From the NCBI GenBank assembly GCA_947471245.1, contig CANIXM010000001.1, forward strand, positions 1 to 43,490: 43,490 bases of DNA. Reading direction: 5' to 3'. This document shows positions 28,484 to 38,058 of the stretch, in pieces. The notes beneath the pieces were generated by a model, which saw nothing but the letters and a program-made list of their open reading frames with translations, had not been told where the DNA came from and did not search any database. Within the stretch, counting starts at the first letter, position 1, and each line of letters begins with the position of its first letter. Made by a program: the position numbers and the translations under genes. Origin of the DNA: Paludibacteraceae bacterium. Its GTDB lineage: Bacteria > Bacteroidota > Bacteroidia > Bacteroidales > Paludibacteraceae.

Positions 28484-29755
28484 TTATGCCTCTTGGTATC
28501 TGATGATGGTCTGAGCACGATCAGGGCCCACGGAAACTATCATAACAGGCACTTCAAGCTCTTGTTCCAAAAATGAAACATAGGCATTAAACTCTTCGGG
28601 AAATTCATCCTCACTTTGCATTTGAGTCATGTCTGTTTGCCAACCAGCGAGTTCTACATACACTGGTTCAGCGCCATCATTCAGGTCAAAAGGAAATTGC
28701 TCCACTTCCTCTCCATCGATTTTATATGCTACACATGCCTTGATGGTCTCAAAGGTGTCCATCACGTCACTTTTCATCATAATGAGTTGAGTGACACCAT
28801 TTACCATGATGGCATATTTCAACGCCACTAAATCTATCCATCCACAACGACGCGGGCGCCCTGTTACCGACCCAAATTCACAACCAATATTTCGCATTTG
28901 GTCGCCAGTTTCATCGAACAACTCAGTTGGAAATGGACCACTGCCCACACGAGTACAATAGGCTTTGAAAATACCAAACACATCACCTATTGTATTGGGA
29001 GCAATGCCCAAACCGGTACATGCACCTGCGCAAATGGTGTTGGACGATGTAACAAAAGGATACGAACCAAAGTCTATATCTAGCATAGTGCCTTGTGCAC
29101 CTTCTGCAAGGACTCTTTTTTCTGAACGAAGTGCGTCATTAACAAAATGCTCGCTATCTATTAAATCAAATTCCTTAATGCATTCTATGCCTTCGAACCA
29201 TGCTTTTTCCAATTCGGTTAAGTCATACGCAAAGTCATATTGACTCAATATTTGCTTATGACGTGCCACTGCTGCTTGGTATTTTTCGTCAAAATTATGA
29301 AGAATGTCACCTACACGAACACCGTTACGACTAATTTTATCAGTATAAGTTGGTCCAATACCTTTTCCAGTAGTTCCAATTTTACCTTCACCTTTTGCCG
29401 ACTCATAAGCTGCATCCAGCAAACGGTGAGTAGGCAATATCAAATGAGCTTTCTTTGATATTTTCAATCGCTCGGTAAGCGGATGCCCCGATGCTTTCAA
29501 TGCATCAACCTCAGCTTTAAACAGTGCTGGATCAAGCACTACACCATTACCAATCACATTCACCTTGTCGCCCTGAAAAATGCCAGAAGGTATTGATCTC
29601 AATACAAATTTCTTGCCTTCAAATTCTAAGGTGTGACCTGCGTTTGGACCACCTTGAAAACGTGTAATCAAATCGTAATTAGGAGTGAGTACATCTACCA
29701 CCTTACCTTTTCCTTCGTCACCCCATTGGAGACCCAAAAGTACATCTACTTTCAT
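28484..29755 (-). CDS. purA: Adenylosuccinate synthetase
   Basis: QWGDEGKGK, GPNAGHT, EGAQG, TRVGSGPFPTE, TGRPRRCGW. Confidence 0.99.
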   Translation of the reverse strand: MKVDVLLGLQWGDEGKGKVVDVLTPNYDLITRFQGGPNAGHTLEFEGKKFVLRSIPSGIFQGDKVNVIGNGVVLDPALFKAEVDALKASGHPLTERLKISKKAHLILPTHRLLDAAYESAKGEGKIGTTGKGIGPTYTDKISRNGVRVGDILHNFDEKYQAAVARHKQILSQYDFAYDLTELEKAWFEGIECIKEFDLIDSEHFVNDALRSEKRVLAEGAQGTMLDIDFGSYPFVTSSNTICAGACTGLGIAPNTIGDVFGIFKAYCTRVGSGPFPTELFDETGDQMRNIGCEFGSVTGRPRRCGWIDLVALKYAIMVNGVTQLIMMKSDVMDTFETIKACVAYKIDGEEVEQFPFDLNDGAEPVYVELAGWQTDMTQMQSEDEFPEEFNAYVSFLEQELEVPVMIVSVGPDRAQTIIRYQEA

Positions 29756-29768
29756 TGCTTTTAATTTA

Positions 29769-29931
29769 GCCCCCTAACCCCGCCAGCTGGCGGGGGAATA
29801 GAGAGACGTTTCTATTTTACAATCATGCCCTTCTGCGTTCGAAGTCATTATTCTGGGCATGAGTGTTTAGTTTGTTAATATTGATTTTTAGAGATCAGAT
29901 TGCTTGTCCCGACTCGGCGGGAGAACTCGCA
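29769..29931. repeat. Stack of REP-like palindromes in the fur-purA spacer
   Basis: Perfect 18-bp ccccgccagctggcgggg (29778-29795); aatagaga..tttctatt; catgccc..gggcatg (29824-29861); cagattgctt-gtcccgactcggcggga-gaactcgca (29896-29931). Confidence 0.65.
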
Positions 29932-30000
29932 CATATAAATATTTCCTTGTGAGTTGGTATTTATTTGTTGTGCTCGTTTCATTGCTTATTTGTAATTTTA

Positions 30001-30456
30001 TTATTTCTTCTTCAATAGTTCCGCACATTTGGAACATAGCCCATAGATGTACAAGGAATAATGAGACATGGTAAACCGTGCAAATGTCTTGGACTGGATA
30101 GCAGTTCGTATTTGCTTATCGGAAAACTCTTTGATTTTGCCACAGTTGGTGCACACGGAGTGATTATGAGTGTTGCTCCCAAATGCTTTTTCATACTGAG
30201 CAAATTTTCCACCCAACTGATGCTTCACCACCAGTTTACAAGCCAGTAAAAGCTCTAAAGTATTGTACACTGTAGCCAAACTAACGCGGTAATTCTCCTT
30301 CAACAAATTGTATAGAATCTCGGCATTAAAATGTCCTTCAAAAGAGTATATACGCTCCAAAATTGCATAACGCTCAGGGGTTTTCCGATGCTGATGCAAT
30401 ACAAGATATTCAGTGAAAATTTCTCGAATGGATTCGTATGAATGTTCCTCTTTCAT
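30001..30456 (-). CDS. fur: Fur family transcriptional regulator
   Basis: RKTPER, VSLATVYNTL, HNH, two CxxC. ATG at 30456 is preferred because a minus-strand TACTTTTG -7 element (30478-30485) overlaps the longer TTG start. Confidence 0.88.
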   Translation of the reverse strand: MKEEHSYESIREIFTEYLVLHQHRKTPERYAILERIYSFEGHFNAEILYNLLKENYRVSLATVYNTLELLLACKLVVKHQLGGKFAQYEKAFGSNTHNHSVCTNCGKIKEFSDKQIRTAIQSKTFARFTMSHYSLYIYGLCSKCAELLKKK

Positions 30457-30510
30457 TATGCCGTATTTAGCAGTCAACAAAAGTACTACTTTTTGTGCAA
30501 TTACCTGATA

Positions 30511-31215
30511 TTAATCTCTTAAAAATAACAATTCTTGTTTTACTTCATTACAAATGAACAATTTAGACCGCTCTGTTGAATCCTCAAAATCAGAAACGAC
30601 CCGCTGAACAGTTATCACCACTTCTTCACTCATTCTACATAGTTTGGCCAGCGCAACACCTATGCTTTTGTAAAGTTGAAAATCATCTGTGGAGCTGAGT
30701 TGGTTACTTCGCTGTACCACCAATTGAACATCGTCATAACTCATAAGATGCGTAATACGTGTGGTAAGCATAAATCCTATAATTTGAGACCATTTCGCAT
30801 TGCTATTAACACATCTTATTACTAAAGATGGTGAATAAGCCAATTTTGACAATAAATTCATGGTGATTTGCTCAGCCATTTCTACATTGTCAATCGTTTC
30901 AATCCACTCCAGAACGAAGGACATTTTCATTTTTTCTGGTGGATACAACAAGGTGGACATTATCATGGTCTCTCTTATTTTCAAGTTCCAAAGCAGTTTT
31001 GCCAGCTCTTCATTTGGCTCATATCCCCGTGCCAGCTCTTTCATCCTAACGATGGACACTCCATAATTTTTTTTGTAAACCAGACCACTTTCATGCATTT
31101 TAGTAGCTGTGACTCCACTCATTGAAAGTCTGATTTTTGACTTTATCTCCGATATTACGACTTCAAATGAAGGTGAAATAAAGCTGTATTGATTAATTGA
31201 TTGATTCTTTTCCAT
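30511..31215 (-). CDS. DNA alkylation repair (AlkD-like, HEAT-repeat) family protein
   Basis: MSGV..TKM...G..YKKNYGV, LAKLLW..IRE pattern of the Bacteroidota DNA_alkylation family. Confidence 0.72.
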   Translation of the reverse strand: MEKNQSINQYSFISPSFEVVISEIKSKIRLSMSGVTATKMHESGLVYKKNYGVSIVRMKELARGYEPNEELAKLLWNLKIRETMIMSTLLYPPEKMKMSFVLEWIETIDNVEMAEQITMNLLSKLAYSPSLVIRCVNSNAKWSQIIGFMLTTRITHLMSYDDVQLVVQRSNQLSSTDDFQLYKSIGVALAKLCRMSEEVVITVQRVVSDFEDSTERSKLFICNEVKQELLFLRD

Positions 31216-31286
31216 TGGTTATTAATTGATTGCGAAAACTATTGCATTTTTTATGGTAAACTATTGTGTAAAATCAAAGCTAGTAT

Positions 31287-31294
31287 TATCTTTG
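31287..31294 (+). promoter_or_regulatory. -7 promoter element of tRNA-His
   Basis: TATCTTTG(CA) 14 nt upstream of the tRNA. Confidence 0.8.
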
Positions 31295-31308
31295 CAGACC
31301 GAAAACAT

Positions 31309-31383
31309 GGTGATTATAGCTCAGTCGGTTAGAGCGTCGGATTGTGGTTCCGAAGGTCGCGGGTTCGAGCCCCGTTTTTCACC
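31309..31383 (+). tRNA. tRNA-His (GTG) with encoded G-1, CCA not encoded
   Basis: G-GTGATTA-TA-GCTC-AGTCGGTTA-GAGC-G-TCGGA-TTGTGGT-TCCGA-AGGTC-GCGGG-TTCGAGC-CCCGT-TTTTCAC-C. Confidence 0.95.
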
Positions 31384-31391
31384 CTTGACTT

Positions 31392-31424
31392 AAAAAAGGA
31401 AGAACATGCCGTTCTTCCTTTTTT
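31392..31424 (+). terminator. Rho-independent terminator after tRNA-His
   Basis: aaaaaaggaagaac-atgcc-gttcttcctttttt. Confidence 0.9.
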
Positions 31425-31490
31425 GTTTTGTGCCAATTATCGGTCTGCTAGAATGCAAAATTACGACAAATAATCGAAAAATCATTAACC

Positions 31491-31518
31491 TATCTTTGCA
31501 GAAAAAGTATTACTTTTG
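31491..31518 (+). promoter_or_regulatory. Tandem -7 elements upstream of lysC
   Basis: TATCTTTG (31491-31498) and TACTTTTG (31511-31518), both followed by CA. Confidence 0.6.
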
Positions 31519-31560
31519 CACCCGATTGTATCATGAGTATTTATATCTAAATCAAGTGAA

Positions 31561-32874
31561 ATGAAAGTATTGAAATTTGGCGGAACATCCGTAGGTTCAG
31601 CCACTCGCATGAAGGAAGTAGCAAAATTAATAGGTGATGGTGAGCAAAAAATCGTTGTACTATCAGCCATGTCTGGCACCACCAATTGTTTAGTTGAGAT
31701 TTCTGACTACTATTACAAAATGAACATCACAGGGGCAATGGAGAAAATCAATGTGCTTGTGGCTAAATATGATGATGTAATTGATGAGTTATACACGGAT
31801 GAAGCCATTAAATTGGAAGCAAAAACAGCTATCAATTTGCATTTCGAATACCTTCGTTCTTTTTCCAAATCAACATTTACTTTATTTGAAGAAAAAGCAG
31901 TCTTGGCAGAAGGCGAAATGCTTTCTACCACCATGTTTCAATTATACCTTCAGGAACTTGGGCTAAACAGCGCACTACTTCCAGCACTAGATTACATGCG
32001 GTTGGATAAGAATGCCGAACCTGATATGGTTTTCATCACCGAAAATGTCAAAAAGCAATTGGAACTCATTCCTGACAATGATATATACATTACACAAGGT
32101 TACATTTGCAGAAACTTTTATGGCGAAGTGGACAATCTTCAACGTGGTGGTAGTGACTACACAGCCTCACTGGTGGGCGCGGCTGTAAAAGCCTCTGAAA
32201 TTCAGATATGGACTGACATTGATGGCATGCACAACAATGACCCTCGTATTGTAGAAGGAACGAAGCCAGTACCAGTTCTTCATTTCGAAGAAGCAGCAGA
32301 GCTTGCTTATTTTGGAGCGAAGATACTTCACCCTACATGCATCCTTCCCGCAAAATTAGCCAATATTCCTGTTCGACTTCTAAACACCATGGAACCTGAA
32401 GCTCCTGGCACGCTGATTTCTACTATCAGCAAAAAAGGCAAGATTGAAGCTGTAGCAGCCAAAGACGGTATTACAGCCATTAAAATAAAATCTGGGCGCA
32501 TGCTTTTAGCCCATGGCTTTTTACGCAAAGTGTTTGAAATTTTTGAGACCTATCAAACTCCAATTGACATGATCACCACGTCTGAGGTTGGCGTGTCTGT
32601 GAGCATTGACAATGCCAAACGACTGGACGAGATTGTCAATGAATTGAAAAAATTTGGAACCGTAACAGTGGACAAAGACATGGTAATTGTGTGTGTAGTA
32701 GGCGACATGCCGTATGAAAACATTGGGTTTCAAGCCAAAATAGTTGGCGCTCTCAAAGAAATACCCATCCGAATGATATCCTATGGAGGCAGCAATTACA
32801 ATGTGTCATTTCTGCTGAAAGCTACCGACAAAAAGCGTGCACTGAATGCATTGAGTGATGCATTATTCAATTAA
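31561..32874 (+). CDS. lysC: Aspartate kinase
   Basis: KFGGTSV, VLSAM, RGGSDY, WTDIDG, ELAYFGAKILHP; two ACT domains. Confidence 0.96.
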   Translation: MKVLKFGGTSVGSATRMKEVAKLIGDGEQKIVVLSAMSGTTNCLVEISDYYYKMNITGAMEKINVLVAKYDDVIDELYTDEAIKLEAKTAINLHFEYLRSFSKSTFTLFEEKAVLAEGEMLSTTMFQLYLQELGLNSALLPALDYMRLDKNAEPDMVFITENVKKQLELIPDNDIYITQGYICRNFYGEVDNLQRGGSDYTASLVGAAVKASEIQIWTDIDGMHNNDPRIVEGTKPVPVLHFEEAAELAYFGAKILHPTCILPAKLANIPVRLLNTMEPEAPGTLISTISKKGKIEAVAAKDGITAIKIKSGRMLLAHGFLRKVFEIFETYQTPIDMITTSEVGVSVSIDNAKRLDEIVNELKKFGTVTVDKDMVIVCVVGDMPYENIGFQAKIVGALKEIPIRMISYGGSNYNVSFLLKATDKKRALNALSDALFN

Positions 32875-32915
32875 GATGCAGTCATCATCCGATTCATATA
32901 ATTGTTTATATTTTC

Positions 32916-32949
32916 AACAATCTCAACACAAAACAGGCTTGAGATTGTT
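32916..32949 (+). other. Intercistronic hairpin between lysC and lysA
   Basis: Perfect 11-bp IR aacaatctcaa / ttgagattgtt with no U-tail. Confidence 0.55.
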
Positions 32950-32993
32950 AAGTACAAAAGTTTATTCCGTTTCATTTCCTAAAAAGTAATATT

Positions 32994-34154
32994 ATGTTAA
33001 AAGGTAATTTTCCAATAGAAAAATTCAAGGGCATAGAAACTCCCTTTTATTATTATGATTTAAATGTGTTGCGTCAAACCCTTGCCACCATCAACGAGCA
33101 AACTGAGCAACACGATTTTCATGTGCACTTTGCGATGAAAGCCAATGTAAATCCAGAGGTGCTACGTGTAATAAAAGAAGCAGGACTGGGAGCAGATTGC
33201 GTAAGTGGAGGTGAAGTTCAAGCTGCAATTGACGCTGGAATTTCTGCATCTAAAATTGTATTTGCAGGGGTTGGAAAAGCTGATTGGGAAATAGAATTGG
33301 GTTTGAAAAATGATATTTTTTGCTTCAATGTAGAATCTATACCAGAATTGCAAGTGATAGACGAGTTGGCCAAACAAAACAACAAAACTGCTAATGTTGC
33401 ACTACGCATCAATCCCAATGTTAGTGCCAATACGCATCATTACATTACCACTGGGCTGAATGAAAACAAGTTTGGAATTAACATGTCTGAGCTGGAAAGC
33501 GTGATTGGCCAATTCGATGGACTGAAAAACGTAAAACTGATAGGTCTCCACTTCCATATCGGGTCGCAAATAACTGACATGACTTCTTTTCAAGCCTTGT
33601 GCATCAGAGTGAATGAAATACAAGAATTATTCATTGCCCAACAAATCAAAATAGAACACATCAACGTAGGTGGCGGACTAGGCATCAACTACGAACATCC
33701 TAATCATTTCCCAACACCTGATTTTGAGTCCTATTTCAAAGTATTTAAAAATCACTTAACTCTTCAAGCGAATCAAACCCTACACTTTGAACTAGGAAGG
33801 GCTGTGGTAGGACAATGCGGAACACTCATATCTAAAGTGTTATATGTAAAAGAAGGGACTTCAAAAAAGTTTGCCATACTTGATGCTGGATTTACTGATT
33901 TGATACGCCCTGCACTTTATCAAGCCTATCACCGCATCGAAAATCTTACTTCAACAGGTGCTGAGCAAGTGTATGATGTGGTTGGCCCTATCTGTGAATC
34001 GTCAGATACTTTTGTTAAAGACTACTCGATGAATGCTACACAACGTGGAGATCTGATTGCATTGCGGTCAGCTGGTGCTTATGGTGAAATTATGGCATCA
34101 CAGTACAATCTACGCAAACTGCCTAAAGCATATACTTCTGATCAACTAATCTAA
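32994..34154 (+). CDS. lysA: Diaminopimelate decarboxylase
   Basis: FAMKAN (PLP Lys), KFGI, HFHIGSQ, GGGLG, GPICESSD, GAYG. Confidence 0.97.
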   Translation: MLKGNFPIEKFKGIETPFYYYDLNVLRQTLATINEQTEQHDFHVHFAMKANVNPEVLRVIKEAGLGADCVSGGEVQAAIDAGISASKIVFAGVGKADWEIELGLKNDIFCFNVESIPELQVIDELAKQNNKTANVALRINPNVSANTHHYITTGLNENKFGINMSELESVIGQFDGLKNVKLIGLHFHIGSQITDMTSFQALCIRVNEIQELFIAQQIKIEHINVGGGLGINYEHPNHFPTPDFESYFKVFKNHLTLQANQTLHFELGRAVVGQCGTLISKVLYVKEGTSKKFAILDAGFTDLIRPALYQAYHRIENLTSTGAEQVYDVVGPICESSDTFVKDYSMNATQRGDLIALRSAGAYGEIMASQYNLRKLPKAYTSDQLI

Positions 34155-34190
34155 TTGGGTACTAATAGCCCGAATTTAATAGAAAGACTT

Positions 34191-35354
34191 ATGGAATTAT
34201 ACGGTTTTCATTTCTCTACGTTTGAACTTATTGTTGTTGCACTACTCATCATTGCTTTCGGTCATCAGTTGTATTTCTATTTGAGATACATCAATGGTGT
34301 GTTGAGACACAATGCAAGAATCAATAAAGGTAAAATTGGGTTTAGAAATGAACAACCGCCTGTTTCCATTGTCATTTGCGCAAAAGATGAATCAGTTAAT
34401 CTAAGAAATTTTTTACCCAGTGTTTTACAACAGGATTACCCAACTTATGAAGTAATCGTGATTAATGATGGGTCGTCTGATGACACGGAGGATTTGCTTA
34501 AAGATTTCAAGAAAATATACAAGAATCTTAAATCCACATTTGTGCCAGCAGAAGCTAGTAATTTCAGTACCAAGAAGTTGGGACTGACACTTGGTATAAA
34601 AGCCGCAGCCTATGATTGGTTGCTTTTTACCGATGCTGACTGCAAGCCACATGACAAACAGTGGATCGCTAAGATGGCTCGAAATTTTCATCCCGAAACC
34701 GAATTTGTGTTGGGATATGGCGCCTACTTTTCAGGTAAAGGTCTATTAAATAAGTTAATAAATTATGATACCTTATTCATCGCATTGCAATACCTTGGCA
34801 TGGCTGCAAGCAAGAAACCGTACATGGGTGTAGGAAGAAATATGGCATACCGCAAACAGACATTCTTTGACCAAAAGGGATTTGCCTCCACACTCCATCT
34901 TCAATCTGGGGATGATGACTTGATGGTCAATAAGGCCGCAAACTCACGAAACACATCCATCGAAATATCTCCTGATAGCATCACCTACTCCGAACCTAAC
35001 AAAACATTCAAAGGTTGGTTTTATCAAAAGGAACGACATCTGTCTGTGTCTTCGTATTATACAGCAATTAGTAAATTCAGACTTGGCATTGAACCGCTCA
35101 CCAGAGGGCTGTTTTATATGAGTTTGATTCTCACCCTGTGTGTAGGTGGGCTTTTATCTTCCATTGTAGGTGGTGTGCTCTTTCTGTCTCGTTTTGTAGT
35201 TCAACTAGTAGTGATCAACAAGTCTGCCAAACATTTTGGAACACCAAGGTTTTATAGCACCTTACTTCTTTTTGATATTTACCTTCCATTAGTAAGTCTA
35301 TACATTTACACCACCAATTCTTTCTCCAAATCAAAAACTATTCGCTGGAAATAA
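34191..35354 (+). CDS. Membrane GT2 family glycosyltransferase
   Basis: NDGSSD, KK..L, TDAD (DxD), GDDDL, QKERH (QxxRW-like), flanking TM helices; ATG at 34191 preferred over TTG at 34155. Confidence 0.88.
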   Translation: MELYGFHFSTFELIVVALLIIAFGHQLYFYLRYINGVLRHNARINKGKIGFRNEQPPVSIVICAKDESVNLRNFLPSVLQQDYPTYEVIVINDGSSDDTEDLLKDFKKIYKNLKSTFVPAEASNFSTKKLGLTLGIKAAAYDWLLFTDADCKPHDKQWIAKMARNFHPETEFVLGYGAYFSGKGLLNKLINYDTLFIALQYLGMAASKKPYMGVGRNMAYRKQTFFDQKGFASTLHLQSGDDDLMVNKAANSRNTSIEISPDSITYSEPNKTFKGWFYQKERHLSVSSYYTAISKFRLGIEPLTRGLFYMSLILTLCVGGLLSSIVGGVLFLSRFVVQLVVINKSAKHFGTPRFYSTLLLFDIYLPLVSLYIYTTNSFSKSKTIRWK

Positions 35355-35655
35355 CTGATATGTAGTTGAAATATGTAATTAAATCTTAGAACTACTTACA
35401 ATTAGAGTAAGCCAAACCAATGAGTGTTTTAGTGTGTTTTGAGGTTTGATATTATGGTAACCAACTCACTCGTTATATTGTCTTTTGCGTGATGTGGCTG
35501 TAGTTGATCTTTTCGTTCAATTGTTAATTAACATTAAAGATTCATCTATAATATAGGGGTAAAGCAATGGTCAACTGTCTTAGTTACTGTGTTTCTATGT
35601 GTAAATACCCTGTTTGCAGTTTCATTGATATTGCATGTGTAACAAAAGTTTATTG

Positions 35656-35663
35656 TAATTTTG
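35656..35663 (+). promoter_or_regulatory. Candidate -7 element for the lipoprotein/beta-barrel operon
   Basis: TAATTTTG, implying a ~210-nt leader before 35879. Confidence 0.5.
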
Positions 35664-35878
35664 GCATCGTTTTTAGTTAACAGTGGCTGAAAGTATGATA
35701 TTGTAGGTGCAGAGGAAAGTGAGTAGATTTTGAGAGGATGATTGTTGTGTATGATAACTCACTGGTTGCGAGGTAATCAATATCATAACATGTAAATCAA
35801 TTCTTGTCTTTACTTAGTCTCAGGAAATTAATCAATAATTTTTAATTCAAACAAATAATAATTCAAATTTTTATCAAA

Positions 35879-37018
35879 ATGAAAAAAATGAAATTTTTTG
35901 GAGTAATTGCTGCTTTGTCATTGGTAGCTTTTAGTAGTTGTAAAGAAGAAGTGGTAGTTTCTTCGCCCATCACCGTTGCTACGAAAGACTCAGCAACAAT
36001 ATCAGGTTTTGTAACCGCAGATCTCAATCTTCAGAAAGCAGGAAATGAAGCTGTACCAGCAGGAACTCAATTGATGGTTACCATACCATACTCAGACTTA
36101 AATTCTTCGGCATCAGGTACATGGCAGAAATTTATAGTAACAGTAGGTGATAGTGGTAAATACTCAGTAAAAATACCAACCAATACAAAAGGAGTTCGTG
36201 TTACAATTGCTCCAATGCCATTTACTTACAACCAAGTTCAGGCTTATGCAGGTGGCGCACAAGTGCCTGCTTTGAAATTGCAATTTAGTGCTGCCTCTAA
36301 TCCCCCATACACATACATCTCAAGTCAAAATGCTTCCTTGAATCTGAATTATGGAATTACTTCAGGTGGAGCTGTTGGTGTCGAAAAAGTATTAATATCA
36401 GGTAAAGCCAAAGCTGATACCAATGCAGAACTATTGGGACTGGAAAATTTGCCCGATGGAACAAAAATAATCTTTACTGCCTCTGGATGGGCTGATTCTA
36501 CTACAGTTCAGAATGGACAGTATTCTATGTATATCCCAAAAGGTGTGTCAGTGACTTATAAAATATCAGCTATTATCAGCACAAGATATTACGTATATGA
36601 TTCAGATACCATCTCAAAATCAACTTACAAAGTTGAGGATAGATTATACAATATCACCAGTACCATTACAAGTTCTACTATTAATCCTAAAGCTGATATT
36701 ACGACCACCTCTAGTGGTACTCTAGTTGTAAATCCGGATGTTACAACCGTTACACTTTCTGGAACTGTAACTATAATGATAGGTAGTAAACCTGTTTCTG
36801 TTCCTGATGGCACAGTGTTGTATTTCTATAATTCTTTGCAAACATGGGGTAAGTCAGTGAATGTAAATGGAGGAAAATATTCAATATCAGTTCCTGCTAA
36901 TTCAAATTTGAATTTCAAATACACAGTTAATTCATCAACTTATTCGAACTCTTCCAGCATTTCTACAGGAGTAAAAGACCAGTTGACAAAGAATATCAAT
37001 GGAAATACAGTTAACTAA
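35879..37018 (+). CDS. Surface lipoprotein with three repeated beta-sandwich-like domains, function unknown
   Basis: SPII signal AFSS-C followed by KEE; three repeats (I/L)SG....(V/L)P(A/D)GT...G.YS..(I/V)P; Ser/Thr-rich. Confidence 0.8.
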   Translation: MKKMKFFGVIAALSLVAFSSCKEEVVVSSPITVATKDSATISGFVTADLNLQKAGNEAVPAGTQLMVTIPYSDLNSSASGTWQKFIVTVGDSGKYSVKIPTNTKGVRVTIAPMPFTYNQVQAYAGGAQVPALKLQFSAASNPPYTYISSQNASLNLNYGITSGGAVGVEKVLISGKAKADTNAELLGLENLPDGTKIIFTASGWADSTTVQNGQYSMYIPKGVSVTYKISAIISTRYYVYDSDTISKSTYKVEDRLYNITSTITSSTINPKADITTTSSGTLVVNPDVTTVTLSGTVTIMIGSKPVSVPDGTVLYFYNSLQTWGKSVNVNGGKYSISVPANSNLNFKYTVNSSTYSNSSSISTGVKDQLTKNINGNTVN

Positions 37019-37133
37019 GTAGAAGAAACAAACAATTAAGAAAAATGAAACGAGTACGACAAATAAACTTTGACACACAAGGAAAAGTTTATGTGCGAGT
37101 TCCATCTGACAACTAAAATTTAAATTACAACAG

Positions 37134-37949
37134 ATGAAAAATACAATTAATATATTCCTGTTACTACTTGTGATTAGCGTATTGCCAATGCAAGCCCAAA
37201 CTGCAGGTGACGACTTTCAGCCACATGCTGGGACAGTTGCAATAGGTGCTAGTGCTAATATCTCTAATCTGTTTTTTAACATGGGCACAGATCCTCAAGT
37301 GCCTTCGCTTTGTGCAAGATATTATTTGCTAGACAAGACAGCGATTAGGGCTACCTTTGGCGTTAACTATAACAATAAACTTGATAAATTCAATGTTCGT
37401 GATGATGCTGCATTTGTTAATGATCCATTAAGCAACAAAGAGGTGATAGACACAAAAAGAACGATTGCTACTAACTATAGCACATCTCTAGCACTGCAAC
37501 AATACTTCGGAGAGTCTAAACTTAGAGGATTTGTAGGAATTCAAGGCTTGTTTGGAACTGGATCAGGAAGTGTTTCAAACACTTTTGCAAACCCAATGAA
37601 TGCAATTAATCCAAAACCATCAAGTTTTTCTACAAATTATTTGGTGGATGACGCACGCGTGTTGGAAAATCGCACACAGACTGTTTACAGTGTGGGTGGT
37701 GGTGTGATAGCTGGTTTTGAGTATTTTATGATGCCTCGCCTATCCATTGGAGGAGAAATTAGCCTTAATGCAATCTACACAAAGGCAGGACAAACAAGTA
37801 CAAAGTCTGAAAGTGTAGTGAATGGGGAGGTTGTTACAACTGACAAGGTTACTGGTGCTGGAGGTTCTGAATTGGAAATTAAATCTTTAGGTTACGGACA
37901 TCAGGATTTCAATAATCAAATTGGCGTCTATATCATGTATCATTTCTAA
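37134..37949 (+). CDS. Outer-membrane beta-barrel protein
   Basis: SPI signal, alternating amphipathic strands (GFEYFMMPRLSIGGE), C-terminal YIMYHF beta-signal. Confidence 0.82.
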   Translation: MKNTINIFLLLLVISVLPMQAQTAGDDFQPHAGTVAIGASANISNLFFNMGTDPQVPSLCARYYLLDKTAIRATFGVNYNNKLDKFNVRDDAAFVNDPLSNKEVIDTKRTIATNYSTSLALQQYFGESKLRGFVGIQGLFGTGSGSVSNTFANPMNAINPKPSSFSTNYLVDDARVLENRTQTVYSVGGGVIAGFEYFMMPRLSIGGEISLNAIYTKAGQTSTKSESVVNGEVVTTDKVTGAGGSELEIKSLGYGHQDFNNQIGVYIMYHF

Positions 37950-37999
37950 TCCCGAATGTGGATGATAGACTTCAGAGTCTGACACCAATTTTAAATTAC

Positions 38000-38036
38000 A
38001 AATGCCGAATACTATTCCAATAGTTATTCGGCATTT
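38000..38036. terminator. Bidirectional terminator between convergent genes
   Basis: aaatgccgaata-ctatt-cc-aatag-t-tattcggcattt. Confidence 0.85.
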
Positions 38037-38058
38037 ATTTTTATATACAAATTGAGGA

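Noticed and set aside
31425-31560. Lysine riboswitch upstream of lysC
   Set aside because: Only 40-60 nt lie between the -7 boxes and the ATG, too short, and no L-box motifs are visible.
35355-35878. Invertible promoter for the lipoprotein operon
   Set aside because: The IRs found lie downstream of the candidate -7 box rather than flanking it, and no recombinase gene is adjacent.
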